A stretch of DNA of 64,000 bases from an uncultured Planctomycetales bacterium. Its GTDB lineage: Bacteria; Planctomycetota; Phycisphaerae; SM23-33; FEN-1343. Both the position numbers and the translations under genes were made by a program. Where the stretch lies: contig CAZHRW010000198.1 of assembly GCA_964535025.1 (NCBI GenBank), positions 4,300 to 68,299 on the forward strand, read 5' to 3'. The notes under the pieces are model-generated. The model did no database searches, had not been told where the DNA came from, and saw only the letters and a list, made by a program, of their open reading frames with translations. This document shows positions 10,969 to 20,282 of the stretch, in pieces; within the stretch, counting starts at the first letter, position 1, and every line of letters starts with the position of its first letter.

Positions 10969-11799
10969 CTACGGCTTGCGGTAGATCGTCGGCTGCACGT
11001 AACGGAAACAATGCCGGATGCCGGTCAGACTCTCGGAGTGACCGATGAACAGCAGACCGTCCGAGGTCAGCAGGTCGCTGAAGCGGTTCACCAGCGCACC
11101 CTGCGTGGCCTTATCGAAATAGATCATCACGTTGCGACAGAAGATCAGGTCGAACGGCCCGCGCATGGGCCACGGCTCCATCAGGTTCAGGCGGCCGAAG
11201 GTGATCATGCGGCGGATCGTGTCGTTCACCTGGAAGCAGCGCCGCCCCTCGTGCGTCACGGGCGTGAAGTACCGTTGGCGCAGGGCCGCCGAGAGGTTCT
11301 CCAGCCGTTCGGCCTCGTAGACGCCGCCGGCGGCCCGGGTGAGCACCCGTGTGGACAGATCGGTCGCGAGGATCTTCACATCCCGCCGGGCCGGCTGGGG
11401 CAGGTGCTCCTGCAGGCAGATCGCCAGCGAGTAGGCCTCCTCCCCGGACGAGCAGCCCGCGCTCCAGGCACGCAGCGGACGGCGGGAGGCGTTCCACCCC
11501 CCCAGCACCTCGGTGGCGAGGAACTCGAAATGAGCGTTCTCGCGGAAGAAACTCGTCAGGTTCGTCGAGATCGCGTCCAGCATCGCCGTCAGTTCCCCGG
11601 CGGTGGTATCGGCGGCCAGGTACTCGATGTACTCGTCGAAGTCCCGCATCCCCAAATGGCGAAGCCGCTTGGCCAGGCGGGATTTCACCAGCTCCCGCTT
11701 ACCCTCGTGCAGGTTGATGCCCGCGATGCGCTTGACGAGTTGACTCATCGACGCGAACTGCGCATCGGTCAACTCGGTGGTGAGAATCGAGAGGCTCAC
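10969..11799 (-). CDS. cheR: chemotaxis protein methyltransferase CheR
   Basis: GTG start with a GGAGGAGG ribosome-binding site at 11799. CheR N-terminal helical domain plus SAM-methyltransferase domain (RAWSAGCSSGEEAYSLA, FDLIFCRNVMIYF). The upstream 130 codons of the long ORF are low-complexity and overlap cheW. Confidence 0.9.
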   Translation of the reverse strand: MSLSILTTELTDAQFASMSQLVKRIAGINLHEGKRELVKSRLAKRLRHLGMRDFDEYIEYLAADTTAGELTAMLDAISTNLTSFFRENAHFEFLATEVLGGWNASRRPLRAWSAGCSSGEEAYSLAICLQEHLPQPARRDVKILATDLSTRVLTRAAGGVYEAERLENLSAALRQRYFTPVTHEGRRCFQVNDTIRRMITFGRLNLMEPWPMRGPFDLIFCRNVMIYFDKATQGALVNRFSDLLTSDGLLFIGHSESLTGIRHCFRYVQPTIYRKP

Positions 11800-11942
11800 G
11801 TACCCACTCCTCCTCCGTGCCGCCGGGGCGGCCCTTCGTCCGCGGACCGCGCGGGCGCCCGCGGCTGACGGACCGGGCGCCGGCCCACTCAGTGCCGGCG
11901 GCCGGTCCGATACAGATCGAACTGAAACGAACGGCCGAGGCC

Positions 11943-12449
11943 TTATTCGACTTCGTCGGCGGCCTGCGCGAGGACGGTCAGGTCGGCGGTGGAGATCACC
12001 TCGTCGATGTTCAACAGGATCGTCACCTGGCCGTTGGCCTTGCCCATGCCCAGGATGAAGTTGGTGTCGACGCTGCTGCCGAACTGCGGGGCTTCCTCGA
12101 TCTCCTCGCCGGTGATGTCGCGCACCTCGGAGACCTTGTCGACGATCACGCCCATCTCCAGGCTGCCGACCTGCACGACGATGATGCACGTCTCGTCGGT
12201 ATGGTCGACCTCGTCCATGGCGAATTTGAGCCTCAGGTCCATCACCGGGATCACCTTGCCGCGCAGGTTGATCACGCCCTTGACGAAGTCGGGCGTGCGC
12301 GGCACGGCGGTGATGCTCATCATGCCGATGATCTCGCGGACCTTGAGGATCTCCACGCCGTACGTCTCCTCGGCGAGCATGAAAGTCAGGTACTTGCCGC
12401 CCTTGTCGGTCAGGGTCGCGGCGCCGGTGTCGGTTGCGGGTTGCGTCAT
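11943..12449 (-). CDS. cheW: chemotaxis coupling protein CheW
   Basis: AAAGGAG ribosome-binding site upstream of the ATG at 12449. CheW domain (YLTFMLAEETYGVEILKVREI, INLRGKVIPVMDLR). Confidence 0.85.
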   Translation of the reverse strand: MTQPATDTGAATLTDKGGKYLTFMLAEETYGVEILKVREIIGMMSITAVPRTPDFVKGVINLRGKVIPVMDLRLKFAMDEVDHTDETCIIVVQVGSLEMGVIVDKVSEVRDITGEEIEEAPQFGSSVDTNFILGMGKANGQVTILLNIDEVISTADLTVLAQAADEVE

Positions 12450-12511
12450 GGTTGCTTGCTCCTTTACTCGAACAATTCGCTGTATGCCCATGGAAGTCAC
12501 GGTCGGCCGGC

Positions 12512-15112
12512 CTACCGGGGAGCCCCCGCGGGCTCGAGGCGGCCGGCTGGGTCGTCTGCGGTGGCCAGGTGGATCAGGCTGCCGGCGTCGAGGATCAACC
12601 CGACGTTCCCGTCGCCGAGGATGGCGGCGCCGGCCACGCCCGGGATGTCGGCGAACGACGCCCCGAGCGACTTGATGACGACCTGCTGCTGGCCCAGCAG
12701 TTCGTCGACCATCACGGCGCAGCGCTCGCCCTCGCCCTCCACGACGATCAGCAGCCCCTCGGTCAGTTTGCTCTGCGCGTCGGGCACGTCGAAGAGGCGG
12801 TGCAGGCGGAAGATTGGCAGCAGGTCACCCCGAAGCATAACCATCTCGCCGCGGCCCACGACGCTGGACAGGTCCTCCTTCCGCGGCCGCAGGCTCTGCT
12901 CGATGGCGATGGTCGGCAGCAGGTAGTGCTGGCGGCCCACCCGCACGAGCATCGCGTCAGTGATGGCCATCGTCAGCGGCAGGCGGAGGGTGAATGTGGT
13001 GCCTTCGGCGAAGGCCGACTGGACCTCGATCCGTCCGCGGAGGCTCTCGATGCTCCGCTTGACCACGTCCATCCCCACCCCCCGGCCGGAGACGTCGGTC
13101 ACCTGCTCGGCGGTCGAGAAGCCCGGATGCCAGATCAGCTTGAACGCGTCCGCGTCGCTCAACTCGTGCCCGTCGTCGATCAATCCGCGCTGGACGGCCT
13201 TGGCGATGATCTTCTCGCGGTCGAGGCCCTGCCCGTCGTCCTGCAGTTCGATGACGACGTTGCCCGCCGAGTGATAGGCCCGCAGCCAGACCGTCCCGGT
13301 CAGCGGCTTGCCCCGCTCGGTGCGGACCTCGGGCCGCTCCACGCCGTGATCGACCGCGTTGCGGATCATGTGCAGCAGCGGATCGTTGAGCGACTCGACC
13401 ATATTGCGGTCGATCTCGGTATCCTCGCCCTCGGTGATCAGCGTGATCGATTTGCCCGACTTGCGGGCCAGGTCGCGGACGAGGCGGTTCATCTTGTGGA
13501 AGACGCCCTTCAACGGGACCATCCGCAGGGACATCGTCAGGTCCTGCAGATCGCGGATGATCTTGCCGGCGTGGGCGACGTTCCGCGCCAGGCGCGGGGA
13601 GGTCGCCTCCCGTCCCGCAGCGTCCTCGGCGACCATCGACTGGGCGATGACCAGCTCGCCCATCATGTCGATCATGCCGTCCAACCGGTCGGTGGCGACG
13701 CGAATCGAGGTGTCGGAGCCGGCCGCCGCGGCCTGTTTCTGGACCCGCAGAGCCTTGGCGACCTCTTGGGCGGGCGCGACGTGCTCCCGCACGAGCTTCT
13801 CGCCCAGCTTGCCGGCGCCCGGCATCCCGGCGGCCGCCTCGATGTGGTCGCGATCGGCGACGCCCTGGGCGACGAGGATGTCGCCGACCCGCATCGGCTC
13901 GGCGCCGTCGTCCTCATCGATACCCGCGGCGGCCGGATCGGCCAGTTGGCGCAGCAGGTCCGCCAGGGCCGCCGGCAGCACAAGCCGCCCGCCGGGCTCG
14001 GCATCGCGCACGCCCTCGATCATCGAGCGCAGCATATCGCACGAGCGCAGCGCCAGGTCGGCGTAGCCGCCGGTGAGCTTGATCCGGCCGTTGCGGGCGC
14101 GGTCCAGCAGGGTCTCGGCGTGATGGGCCAGCTCCTGGTTGCGATCGAGCCCGAAGAACCCGCTGGTGCCCTTGATGGTGTGGAACGCGCGGAAGACCGT
14201 GTTGACCAGCTCGACGTTGTCCGGGTCGGTCTCCAGCTCCAGCAGAGCCGACTCGGAGGCGTCGATGTGATCGAGCGACTCGACGATGTAGTCCTTGAGG
14301 ATTTCCATGTCCGCGTCGGCCGGCAGCACGGCGGCGTCGCCGGCGTCGTCGACGGTGTCGGCCGAAGGGATGTCGGGGACAGGTTCGCAGCGCTGCGTTG
14401 CATCGGCCGGCGTCTGGTCGGCAACGTTTGGATCGTCTTGCTCGCCGTCGGGTCCCTCGGCGGCGTCCATCACGGACGGCTCGAGCCGTGCGACGGCCTC
14501 GGCCAGGACGGCCGTTGCCGACTGAAGCGACTTGTCGGCGTTGTCCGTGCTGCCCGCGAGGGCCTGCTCGATGAACGCCGCACTGACCCGCAGCGACTGG
14601 GCGGCCTCGGCGTCCATGTCCCGGCGATCCGCCCAGGCTTCCAGGTGCTCGACGATCTGGCGGAGAGGCGAGGCATCCTCGGCGGTGCAGCCGATCAGGC
14701 GGGCGGTAATCGCATCGAGGCCGGGCAGGTCGCCGTTCGCATCGCCCGCCTCGTCGGGCCGACCGAGGCTCCGGGCCAGGGCGTCGGTGGCGGCGGCGAG
14801 GTCCATTGGGTCGGGCGGGGCGGCGCCGCACGCCTCCACCGTCGCCGCGGCGTCGGCCGCGGCCGACAGCGTCGCCGCCGGATCAGCCGCCTCGTCGAGG
14901 ACAATAGCGCGCAGGGCCTCGGCCATGGCCTCCAACAGCGACGCGAGGGGCGCCTCGGCGACATCCGCCGTCGCGTCCTCGACCCGGGTGAGCCGGGCCA
15001 CCAGGCCGGGCAGATCCAGAACGTCCGTGGTGCGAAGCTCGGCGGCCAGACCGACCAGTCCCGCCGGCAGCGCCGTGCCCGATTCATGCTTCGGCTTGCC
15101 TGAGCCCTTCAT
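12512..15112 (-). CDS. cheA: chemotaxis histidine kinase CheA
   Basis: HPt domain (FRAFHTIKGTSGFFG), dimerisation and HATPase domains (NAVDHGVE, GRGVGMDVVK) and a C-terminal CheW-like domain. GAGGAAA ribosome-binding site. Confidence 0.9.
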   Translation of the reverse strand: MKGSGKPKHESGTALPAGLVGLAAELRTTDVLDLPGLVARLTRVEDATADVAEAPLASLLEAMAEALRAIVLDEAADPAATLSAAADAAATVEACGAAPPDPMDLAAATDALARSLGRPDEAGDANGDLPGLDAITARLIGCTAEDASPLRQIVEHLEAWADRRDMDAEAAQSLRVSAAFIEQALAGSTDNADKSLQSATAVLAEAVARLEPSVMDAAEGPDGEQDDPNVADQTPADATQRCEPVPDIPSADTVDDAGDAAVLPADADMEILKDYIVESLDHIDASESALLELETDPDNVELVNTVFRAFHTIKGTSGFFGLDRNQELAHHAETLLDRARNGRIKLTGGYADLALRSCDMLRSMIEGVRDAEPGGRLVLPAALADLLRQLADPAAAGIDEDDGAEPMRVGDILVAQGVADRDHIEAAAGMPGAGKLGEKLVREHVAPAQEVAKALRVQKQAAAAGSDTSIRVATDRLDGMIDMMGELVIAQSMVAEDAAGREATSPRLARNVAHAGKIIRDLQDLTMSLRMVPLKGVFHKMNRLVRDLARKSGKSITLITEGEDTEIDRNMVESLNDPLLHMIRNAVDHGVERPEVRTERGKPLTGTVWLRAYHSAGNVVIELQDDGQGLDREKIIAKAVQRGLIDDGHELSDADAFKLIWHPGFSTAEQVTDVSGRGVGMDVVKRSIESLRGRIEVQSAFAEGTTFTLRLPLTMAITDAMLVRVGRQHYLLPTIAIEQSLRPRKEDLSSVVGRGEMVMLRGDLLPIFRLHRLFDVPDAQSKLTEGLLIVVEGEGERCAVMVDELLGQQQVVIKSLGASFADIPGVAGAAILGDGNVGLILDAGSLIHLATADDPAGRLEPAGAPR

Positions 15113-15435
15113 CCGTTGGATTTCCTCTACGCGTCGCGGCCGCGACCTGGGCGGCTTGGTCGACAGATCTTTGATCGTCGAATCACGGGTTCACCGGACG
15201 TTGTCTCCGATGTGGGGCAGGTAGGTCCTGTATTTTAAATATGTTGCGCTCGACCAGCTTCAGCAACGGCCGGATGGCGCCACACCGGATCGTTCGGAGG
15301 CCCATCGCGGCGGCGGATGGGGCGGTCCCCGACCCGGCGCACCGGCCGCCCTGCCATCGCATGACGTGGATAGCTATCGGCATGTGATAAGGGGACTTTA
15401 GGCAAATCCGGCGCGGCGAGGCGGACCTGGCGGCC

Positions 15436-17589
15436 CTAAACGAACAGGAGCGATCCGATCTGGTAGACGACGAGGGTGATGATGTAGGCGACGACGGTCA
15501 TGCCGGTCAGTTGGGCGACGGCCCACCACCACGAGCCGCTCTCGCGACCGATGATGGCCACGGTGGCCATGCAGGGGGCCGTCAGGAGGCAGAACAGCAT
15601 GATGCAGTAGCCCACCAGGGGACTGTAGTCGTTCTGCAGTTCGCGCTGAAGCGAGTTCTTGTCCTCCTCGCCCACGGCGTAGAGGATGCCCATCTGCGCG
15701 ACGAACACCTCCTTGGCGCCCATCGCCCCGACCAGGGCGGTCCCGATCTTCCAGTCGAACCCCAGCGGCCGGATGGCCGGTTCCATCCATCGACCCAGCC
15801 GCCCGGCGACGGTGTAGGCAAGCCGCTCCCGGTGGTGCTGGCCCTCGAGCGCCTTGGCGGTCGCCGTATCACCGGCCTCGACAGCCTGGGCGGTCAGGGC
15901 CTCGTAGTCGCGGTCGAAGTGAGCCTTGCGCGGGAAGGTTGTCAGGGCCCACAACACGATGGAGAATGCCAGGATGACCGTGGCGGCCTTGCGGATGTAC
16001 ATGCGGGTGGGCTCCCACACGTGCACGGCCAGTCCGGCCGCCGTCGGGCGGCGGTAGGGGGGCAGTTCCATCACGAAGGGGGTGGACTCGCCTCTGAACA
16101 CCGTCAGGCGTAGCAGCTTGGCCAGGACGATCGCCACGAGGATCCCCACCACGTAGAGGCTCCACAGCACCGGCGCCCGCCAGGCCTTCGGAAAGAACGC
16201 CGGGATAAACAACCCGTAGATCGCCAGGCGGGCTCCGCAGCTCATGAACGGCAGGACCAGCATGGTCACGAGGCGGTCGCGTCGGCTCTCGAGCATCCGC
16301 GTGGCCATGATCGCCGGGACGCTGCAGCCGAAGCCGACCAGCATCGGGATAAAGCTCTTGCCGTGCAGGCCGATCTTGTGCATGAACCGGTCCATGATGA
16401 ACGCGGCCCGGGCCATGTACCCGGTGGTTTCGAGGACGGCGATGCCCAGGAACAGCAGCATGATGTTGGGCACGAACACCAGCACCCCCCCGACCCCGCT
16501 GATGATGCCGTCCACGATCAGCGATCGCAGCAGCGTCTCCCGGCCGCCCCACAGGCTGCCCACGCCGGCGGCCAGATGCTTGAAGCCCGCCTCGATCCAG
16601 TTCATGGGCGGCTCGCCGAGGGTGAACACGAGGTGGAACATCAGGTACATCAGGATCCCAAAAATAGGTAATCCCAGCACACGGTGGGTCAGCAGCGCGT
16701 CGATGCGGTCGCTGAAGGCCCGGCGGTTCTCGCCGGTCCGCCGGACCGCCTCCTTGCAGGCGCCGGCGATGTAGCCGTAGCGGCTGTCGGCGAGGATGAT
16801 GTCGGCGTCGTCGCCGAAGATGCGTTCGATGTGCCGTCGCTGGCGGGCCGCCTCAGTCGTCATGCGTTCCACGTCCGCCGGCGCCAGCGCCTGGAGGCGT
16901 TCGCCGGTCCGTTCATCGCCTTCCAGCAGCTTGATGGCGTACCAGCGGGCCCGCCCGCCGGGGCCGAGGACCGATTCGACCAGCGCGGTCATCTGCCGTA
17001 CGTGCGGCTCCAGCTCGCCGCCGTACTCGGGCAGGCGCTGGGCCCCGACCGCCGACGCCCCGCGCCGCGCCACGTCGATGGCCGCGTCGAGCAGGGCGTC
17101 GATCCCCTCGCCCCGCGTGCCGACCGTCGGGATGATGGGCACGCCCAGCAGGGCCGACAACGCCTCGACGTCGATCCGCAGCCCGAGTTGCTCGGCGACG
17201 TCGGCCATGTTCATGGCGATCACCAGCGGGGCGCCCAGCTCCAGCAGTTGCGTGGAGAGGTACAGGTGCCGCTGGAGGTTGGATGCGTCGACGATGTGGA
17301 CGACCACGTCGGGCTGCTGGTCGATGATATAGTCCCGTGCGACGACCTCCTCCATCGAGTTCGCCGTCAGGCTGTATGTGCCGGGCAGGTCGACGACCCG
17401 CACGTCGGCGCCGTTGTGGCGGACGGCGCCGGTCTTGATCTCGACGGTGACGCCGGGGTAGTTGGCAACGTGGGCGCGGGCGCCGGTCAGCGCGTTGAAG
17501 ACCGTGGTCTTGCCGCAGTTGGGATTGCCCGCCAACGCGATCGTCACGGCGGCCGGTTCAATGCTGGGGGTGGGGGGTGTCGCGCGCAT
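15436..17589 (-). CDS. feoB: ferrous iron transporter FeoB
   Basis: N-terminal G-domain (IALAGNPNCGKTTVFNALTG, VDLPGTYSL) followed by a polytopic membrane domain. Confidence 0.9.
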   Translation of the reverse strand: MRATPPTPSIEPAAVTIALAGNPNCGKTTVFNALTGARAHVANYPGVTVEIKTGAVRHNGADVRVVDLPGTYSLTANSMEEVVARDYIIDQQPDVVVHIVDASNLQRHLYLSTQLLELGAPLVIAMNMADVAEQLGLRIDVEALSALLGVPIIPTVGTRGEGIDALLDAAIDVARRGASAVGAQRLPEYGGELEPHVRQMTALVESVLGPGGRARWYAIKLLEGDERTGERLQALAPADVERMTTEAARQRRHIERIFGDDADIILADSRYGYIAGACKEAVRRTGENRRAFSDRIDALLTHRVLGLPIFGILMYLMFHLVFTLGEPPMNWIEAGFKHLAAGVGSLWGGRETLLRSLIVDGIISGVGGVLVFVPNIMLLFLGIAVLETTGYMARAAFIMDRFMHKIGLHGKSFIPMLVGFGCSVPAIMATRMLESRRDRLVTMLVLPFMSCGARLAIYGLFIPAFFPKAWRAPVLWSLYVVGILVAIVLAKLLRLTVFRGESTPFVMELPPYRRPTAAGLAVHVWEPTRMYIRKAATVILAFSIVLWALTTFPRKAHFDRDYEALTAQAVEAGDTATAKALEGQHHRERLAYTVAGRLGRWMEPAIRPLGFDWKIGTALVGAMGAKEVFVAQMGILYAVGEEDKNSLQRELQNDYSPLVGYCIMLFCLLTAPCMATVAIIGRESGSWWWAVAQLTGMTVVAYIITLVVYQIGSLLFV

Positions 17590-17593
17590 CGGT

Positions 17594-17866
17594 TTACACG
17601 GGGGCTACGAGAATCCGGTGAATCATCCCACGGCCCAGGACCAGCTTCGAGTCGCCCACCTGCACGATGAACGGTCCCGGACGGCCCTGGGCGACAATCC
17701 GCATCGGCGTGCCGGGCCTCAGGCCCATCTCCGCCAGACGCCGCGCCAGGCCCCGCCCGCCCAGGACGCCGACAAGGCGAACGTGTTGGCCTTCACCGGC
17801 CATCATCAATGGCATGGTCGGCGCCGGCGGCACGGGGCCGCCGCCGCCGTTTCGGTCGGCGGTCAT
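17594..17866 (-). CDS. feoA: ferrous iron transport protein FeoA
   Basis: Small SH3-like FeoA sequence (LAEMGLRPGTPMRIV..GPFIVQVGDSKLVLGRGMIHRILV). The annotated start overlaps the DtxR stop by 4 nt. An internal ATG at 17815 is an alternative. Confidence 0.7.
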   Translation of the reverse strand: MTADRNGGGGPVPPAPTMPLMMAGEGQHVRLVGVLGGRGLARRLAEMGLRPGTPMRIVAQGRPGPFIVQVGDSKLVLGRGMIHRILVAPV

Positions 17867-18363
17867 GAATCCGGCTCCTCCGGGTGGTGGCCATCGGCGA
17901 GGAAGCGATGGAACCCCTCGCAGACGGACAGCCCGTCCGGCAAATTCGTTTCCATAAACGTCACGAGCTGCTCCAGGCGCGAGAAGAGCTCATCGTCGGC
18001 GTGGTGCTCCAAGCGGCAGGCGTTGGAATCGGCCACCTCGTCATCGAGGGCGAGCACCCGCCGGCAGAACCGCCACAACGTCACGTGGCGGTCGATCACG
18101 CGCTCGGCCGCGGCCCGCCCCCGCTCGGTCAGGGTGATGAACTCGTAGGGGTCGTAATTCACCAACTTACGCTTCGACAACACTTTAAGCGCCGCCGTCA
18201 CCGCCGACTTGCCCACGCCCAGCCGCTTGGCGATATCGCGCACCCGCGCGACGTTCTCCTGGCGGATCAGCGTCAGGATCGCCTCGAGGTAATCTTCCTG
18301 GCTGGAGGTAAGCTTCTTGGCCTTAGGCGGCTTGGAAACCATCGCGCTCCGTCGGGTTCGCAC
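17863..18363 (-). CDS. DtxR/MntR-family metal-dependent transcriptional repressor
   Basis: Winged-helix N-terminus (SQEDYLEAILTL..ARVRDIAKRLGVGKSAVTAALKVL) followed by a metal-binding/dimerisation domain. Alternative start at 18342. Confidence 0.8.
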   Translation of the reverse strand: MRTRRSAMVSKPPKAKKLTSSQEDYLEAILTLIRQENVARVRDIAKRLGVGKSAVTAALKVLSKRKLVNYDPYEFITLTERGRAAAERVIDRHVTLWRFCRRVLALDDEVADSNACRLEHHADDELFSRLEQLVTFMETNLPDGLSVCEGFHRFLADGHHPEEPDS

Positions 18364-18389
18364 GGAAAAATCCTACTATGGTCAACAGT

Positions 18390-18405
18390 GTTCACTATAG
18401 TGAAC
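18390..18405. promoter_or_regulatory. perfect 16-bp palindrome GTTCACTATAGTGAAC upstream of the DtxR-feoAB genes (candidate operator)
   Basis: Exact inverted repeat read directly. Lies 27-48 bp upstream of the candidate repressor start codons. Confidence 0.4.
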
Positions 18406-18480
18406 TTCGTACCGTAAGGCAAGCAGGTTCATCTTCCTGAAGGAAAAAAGTTCGCCACCGACAGCGGGCGCGCGCAGGCG

Positions 18481-18526
18481 GGATGCCGGCGGAGGTCATC
18501 TGGCGACCTCGCACCGGCATCCCGCG
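18481..18526 (-). terminator. GC-rich nested stem-loop downstream of the ferritin-like gene (candidate terminator, no U-tract)
   Basis: GGGATGCCGGcGGAGGTCatctggcGACCTCgcaCCGGCATCCC. Sits about 30 nt 3' of the stop at 18558. Confidence 0.4.
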
Positions 18527-18557
18527 TCGCGACGACGGGTCGTGGTGACGGGCGATG

Positions 18558-19739
18558 CTACGCTTGGGCCGGCTGGGGGCCGAGCACCTCCAGGCGGTAC
18601 TCCCGCGGGTTGGCGGCGATGACCGCTTCGCTGGGGACGGTGCCGACGTTGACCCAGCTTTGGAACTGATCGTAGGTGCTCGGCTTGTCGGCGGGGCCGA
18701 CGATCTTCTCGCGGTTGGTCGTCCACGACTGCTGCTGGTTGAGAACGTCGCGGACGTACTCCTTGTTCGACTGGAAAATCATCAGCGGCTCGGGCAGCGC
18801 CGACGGCAGGATCGCCATCGGGTCGGTGTCGGTGAACTTGCGCATCATGTCGATCGCGCCGTGCAGGTGGGCGATCTCGCAGTCGAGGTGGAACTGCCAC
18901 CATTTGCGGATCCGCTCGTCCGGCTCGCTTTCCATGCACGAGTAATACAGCCAGCACTCGTTGTATTCGTGCAGGAGCGCCCGCTCGAACCAGCCGGTCG
19001 TCGGGGGGATCAGCGACTCGTAGTGCGTGACGTGCTGCTCCTCGATCTGGGCGATTTCCAGGTACAGCCCCCGCCCCAGCGTATCCACCGGCCGGTTGCC
19101 GATGTTCATGTAGAGGTTCATCGTCTGCTGCTCGGCCGCGACGATCGTCAGGATGTGCAGCTTGGTCAGCAGGTCGGCGTCGTCGCCGACGGGCTCGCGG
19201 ACGGTGTCGACCGGGTGTTGATGCTCAGTGGCGGTGGGGCGCCCGGGGATGACCTCCGTCAGGTCGTCGCCGATGATCTCGGCGGGGTCCTTGTTCTCGT
19301 CCATCTTGTAGAGGTTGGCGTAGCGGTACAGGTGGTCGAAGTCCTCCAGCAGGGCGAAGTCGAGCGCCTGTTTGACGTGGTCGTTCGGTTCGGTCTTGGC
19401 CAGCCAGGCCGTCAGGTCCACCGCGACCTGCTCGAAGCCCAGCGTCACCTCCAGGTTCGTCTGGGTGCCCGGAATCAGCCAGTTGACCATCTTCTGCTGC
19501 TGCTGCTCGACGCGGCGGGTAATCGCCAGGTCGCGTCGGACGTCCATGGTGTCGCAGTGGCGGGCCATCTGGTGCTTGAAGATCGCCGATTCCACCTCGA
19601 TGCCGTTCATGAGGATCACCCGCGTCCGCGTGTACGGATGCACCTCCCGGCGATCGAACGGCTCGACGTTCGCCTGGTCCCACTCGGCGATCTGCTTTTC
19701 CAGCGGCAGCCCCTTCTCATCCAGTGGATTGAATCCCAT
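18558..19739 (-). CDS. ferritin-like di-iron-carboxylate superfamily protein, uncharacterised (393 aa)
   Basis: Two E..H motifs (LLEDFDHLYRY and IAQIEEQHVTHYE) as in di-iron four-helix-bundle proteins. Located 46 nt downstream of the metallothionein-like gene. Confidence 0.5.
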   Translation of the reverse strand: MGFNPLDEKGLPLEKQIAEWDQANVEPFDRREVHPYTRTRVILMNGIEVESAIFKHQMARHCDTMDVRRDLAITRRVEQQQQKMVNWLIPGTQTNLEVTLGFEQVAVDLTAWLAKTEPNDHVKQALDFALLEDFDHLYRYANLYKMDENKDPAEIIGDDLTEVIPGRPTATEHQHPVDTVREPVGDDADLLTKLHILTIVAAEQQTMNLYMNIGNRPVDTLGRGLYLEIAQIEEQHVTHYESLIPPTTGWFERALLHEYNECWLYYSCMESEPDERIRKWWQFHLDCEIAHLHGAIDMMRKFTDTDPMAILPSALPEPLMIFQSNKEYVRDVLNQQQSWTTNREKIVGPADKPSTYDQFQSWVNVGTVPSEAVIAANPREYRLEVLGPQPAQA

Positions 19740-19784
19740 GGTCCTGCTCCCTTTCTGACGTGGTGGGTGTGATACCCTGCCTGT

Positions 19785-19976
19785 TCACAGCTCCCGATCG
19801 TGCCGATTCGGATCGCAGGTGCAGCCGGTCCCTTCGGCGCAGCCCTGGCAGCAGTAGACCTCGCCGCCCAGGGAGAATCCCCGCGGGTCCTGCCACTCGT
19901 CTTCCGGCTTGCCGCACCCCGGGCAGCGCATCTCGCCCTTGTCGTGTTGACGGGTTTCCTGGGTCGGGTTGGTCAT
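19785..19976 (-). CDS. bacterial metallothionein-like protein (SmtA/BmtA-type Cys pattern), 63 aa
   Basis: AAGGAG ribosome-binding site upstream of the ATG at 19976. Pattern CPGCGK..(20)..YCCQGCAEGTGCTCD resembles C.C...C..YYCSEACA.GH of SmtA. This is the only credible part of the 694-aa minus-strand ORF 19785..21869. Confidence 0.6.
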   Translation of the reverse strand: MTNPTQETRQHDKGEMRCPGCGKPEDEWQDPRGFSLGGEVYCCQGCAEGTGCTCDPNRHDREL

Positions 19977-20068
19977 GGCTGCTCCTTCGATCTCCTCGGC
20001 GCGCGATCCGCACCCGATGCGGATATACCAAATTCTAGACCGCGGCGGCGGCGGAGGTGGTCCGGCCG

Positions 20069-20130
20069 GAAAAATCCAAATCCGAAGCACGAAATACGAA
20101 GGATTTGTTTCGGATTTCGAGTTTCGTGGG
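20069..20130. repeat. AT-rich hairpin repeat, short copy (family AAATCCGAAGCACGAAAT / TTCGGATTT)
   Basis: AAATCCGAAGCACGAAATACGAA..GGATTTGTTTCGGATTTCGAGTTTCGTG in the divergent intergenic region between the metallothionein-like gene and GH38. Shares unit sequences with the copies at 47862-47978 and 54369-54547. Confidence 0.5.
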
Positions 20131-20282
20131 CCGTCCCATAGGGTCACGCTTTGGGGGAGCGGGCACACGTCGTTTCCCCTGTTGGCAGTTGGACCTCCGG
20201 CGGGTATACAACGGGCACTGAAACGGCCGGTGTGGGGACGTCCCCGGCGGCCCGCACAAGCGATACTCAGGGAGCATCCACG

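Noticed and set aside
11800-12189. N-terminal 130 codons of the long cheR ORF
   Set aside because: Low-complexity and overlapping cheW. The GTG at 11799 with a GGAGGAGG ribosome-binding site gives a canonical-length CheR.
12434-15103. 889-aa plus-strand ORF
   Set aside because: Antisense to cheA, which has unambiguous HPt and HATPase motifs.
15113-15435. Possible sigma-28-type promoter upstream of cheA
   Set aside because: An AT-rich patch (TTTAAAATA on the minus strand) is present, but no GCCGATAA-like -10 element could be aligned, so this is not reported as a feature.
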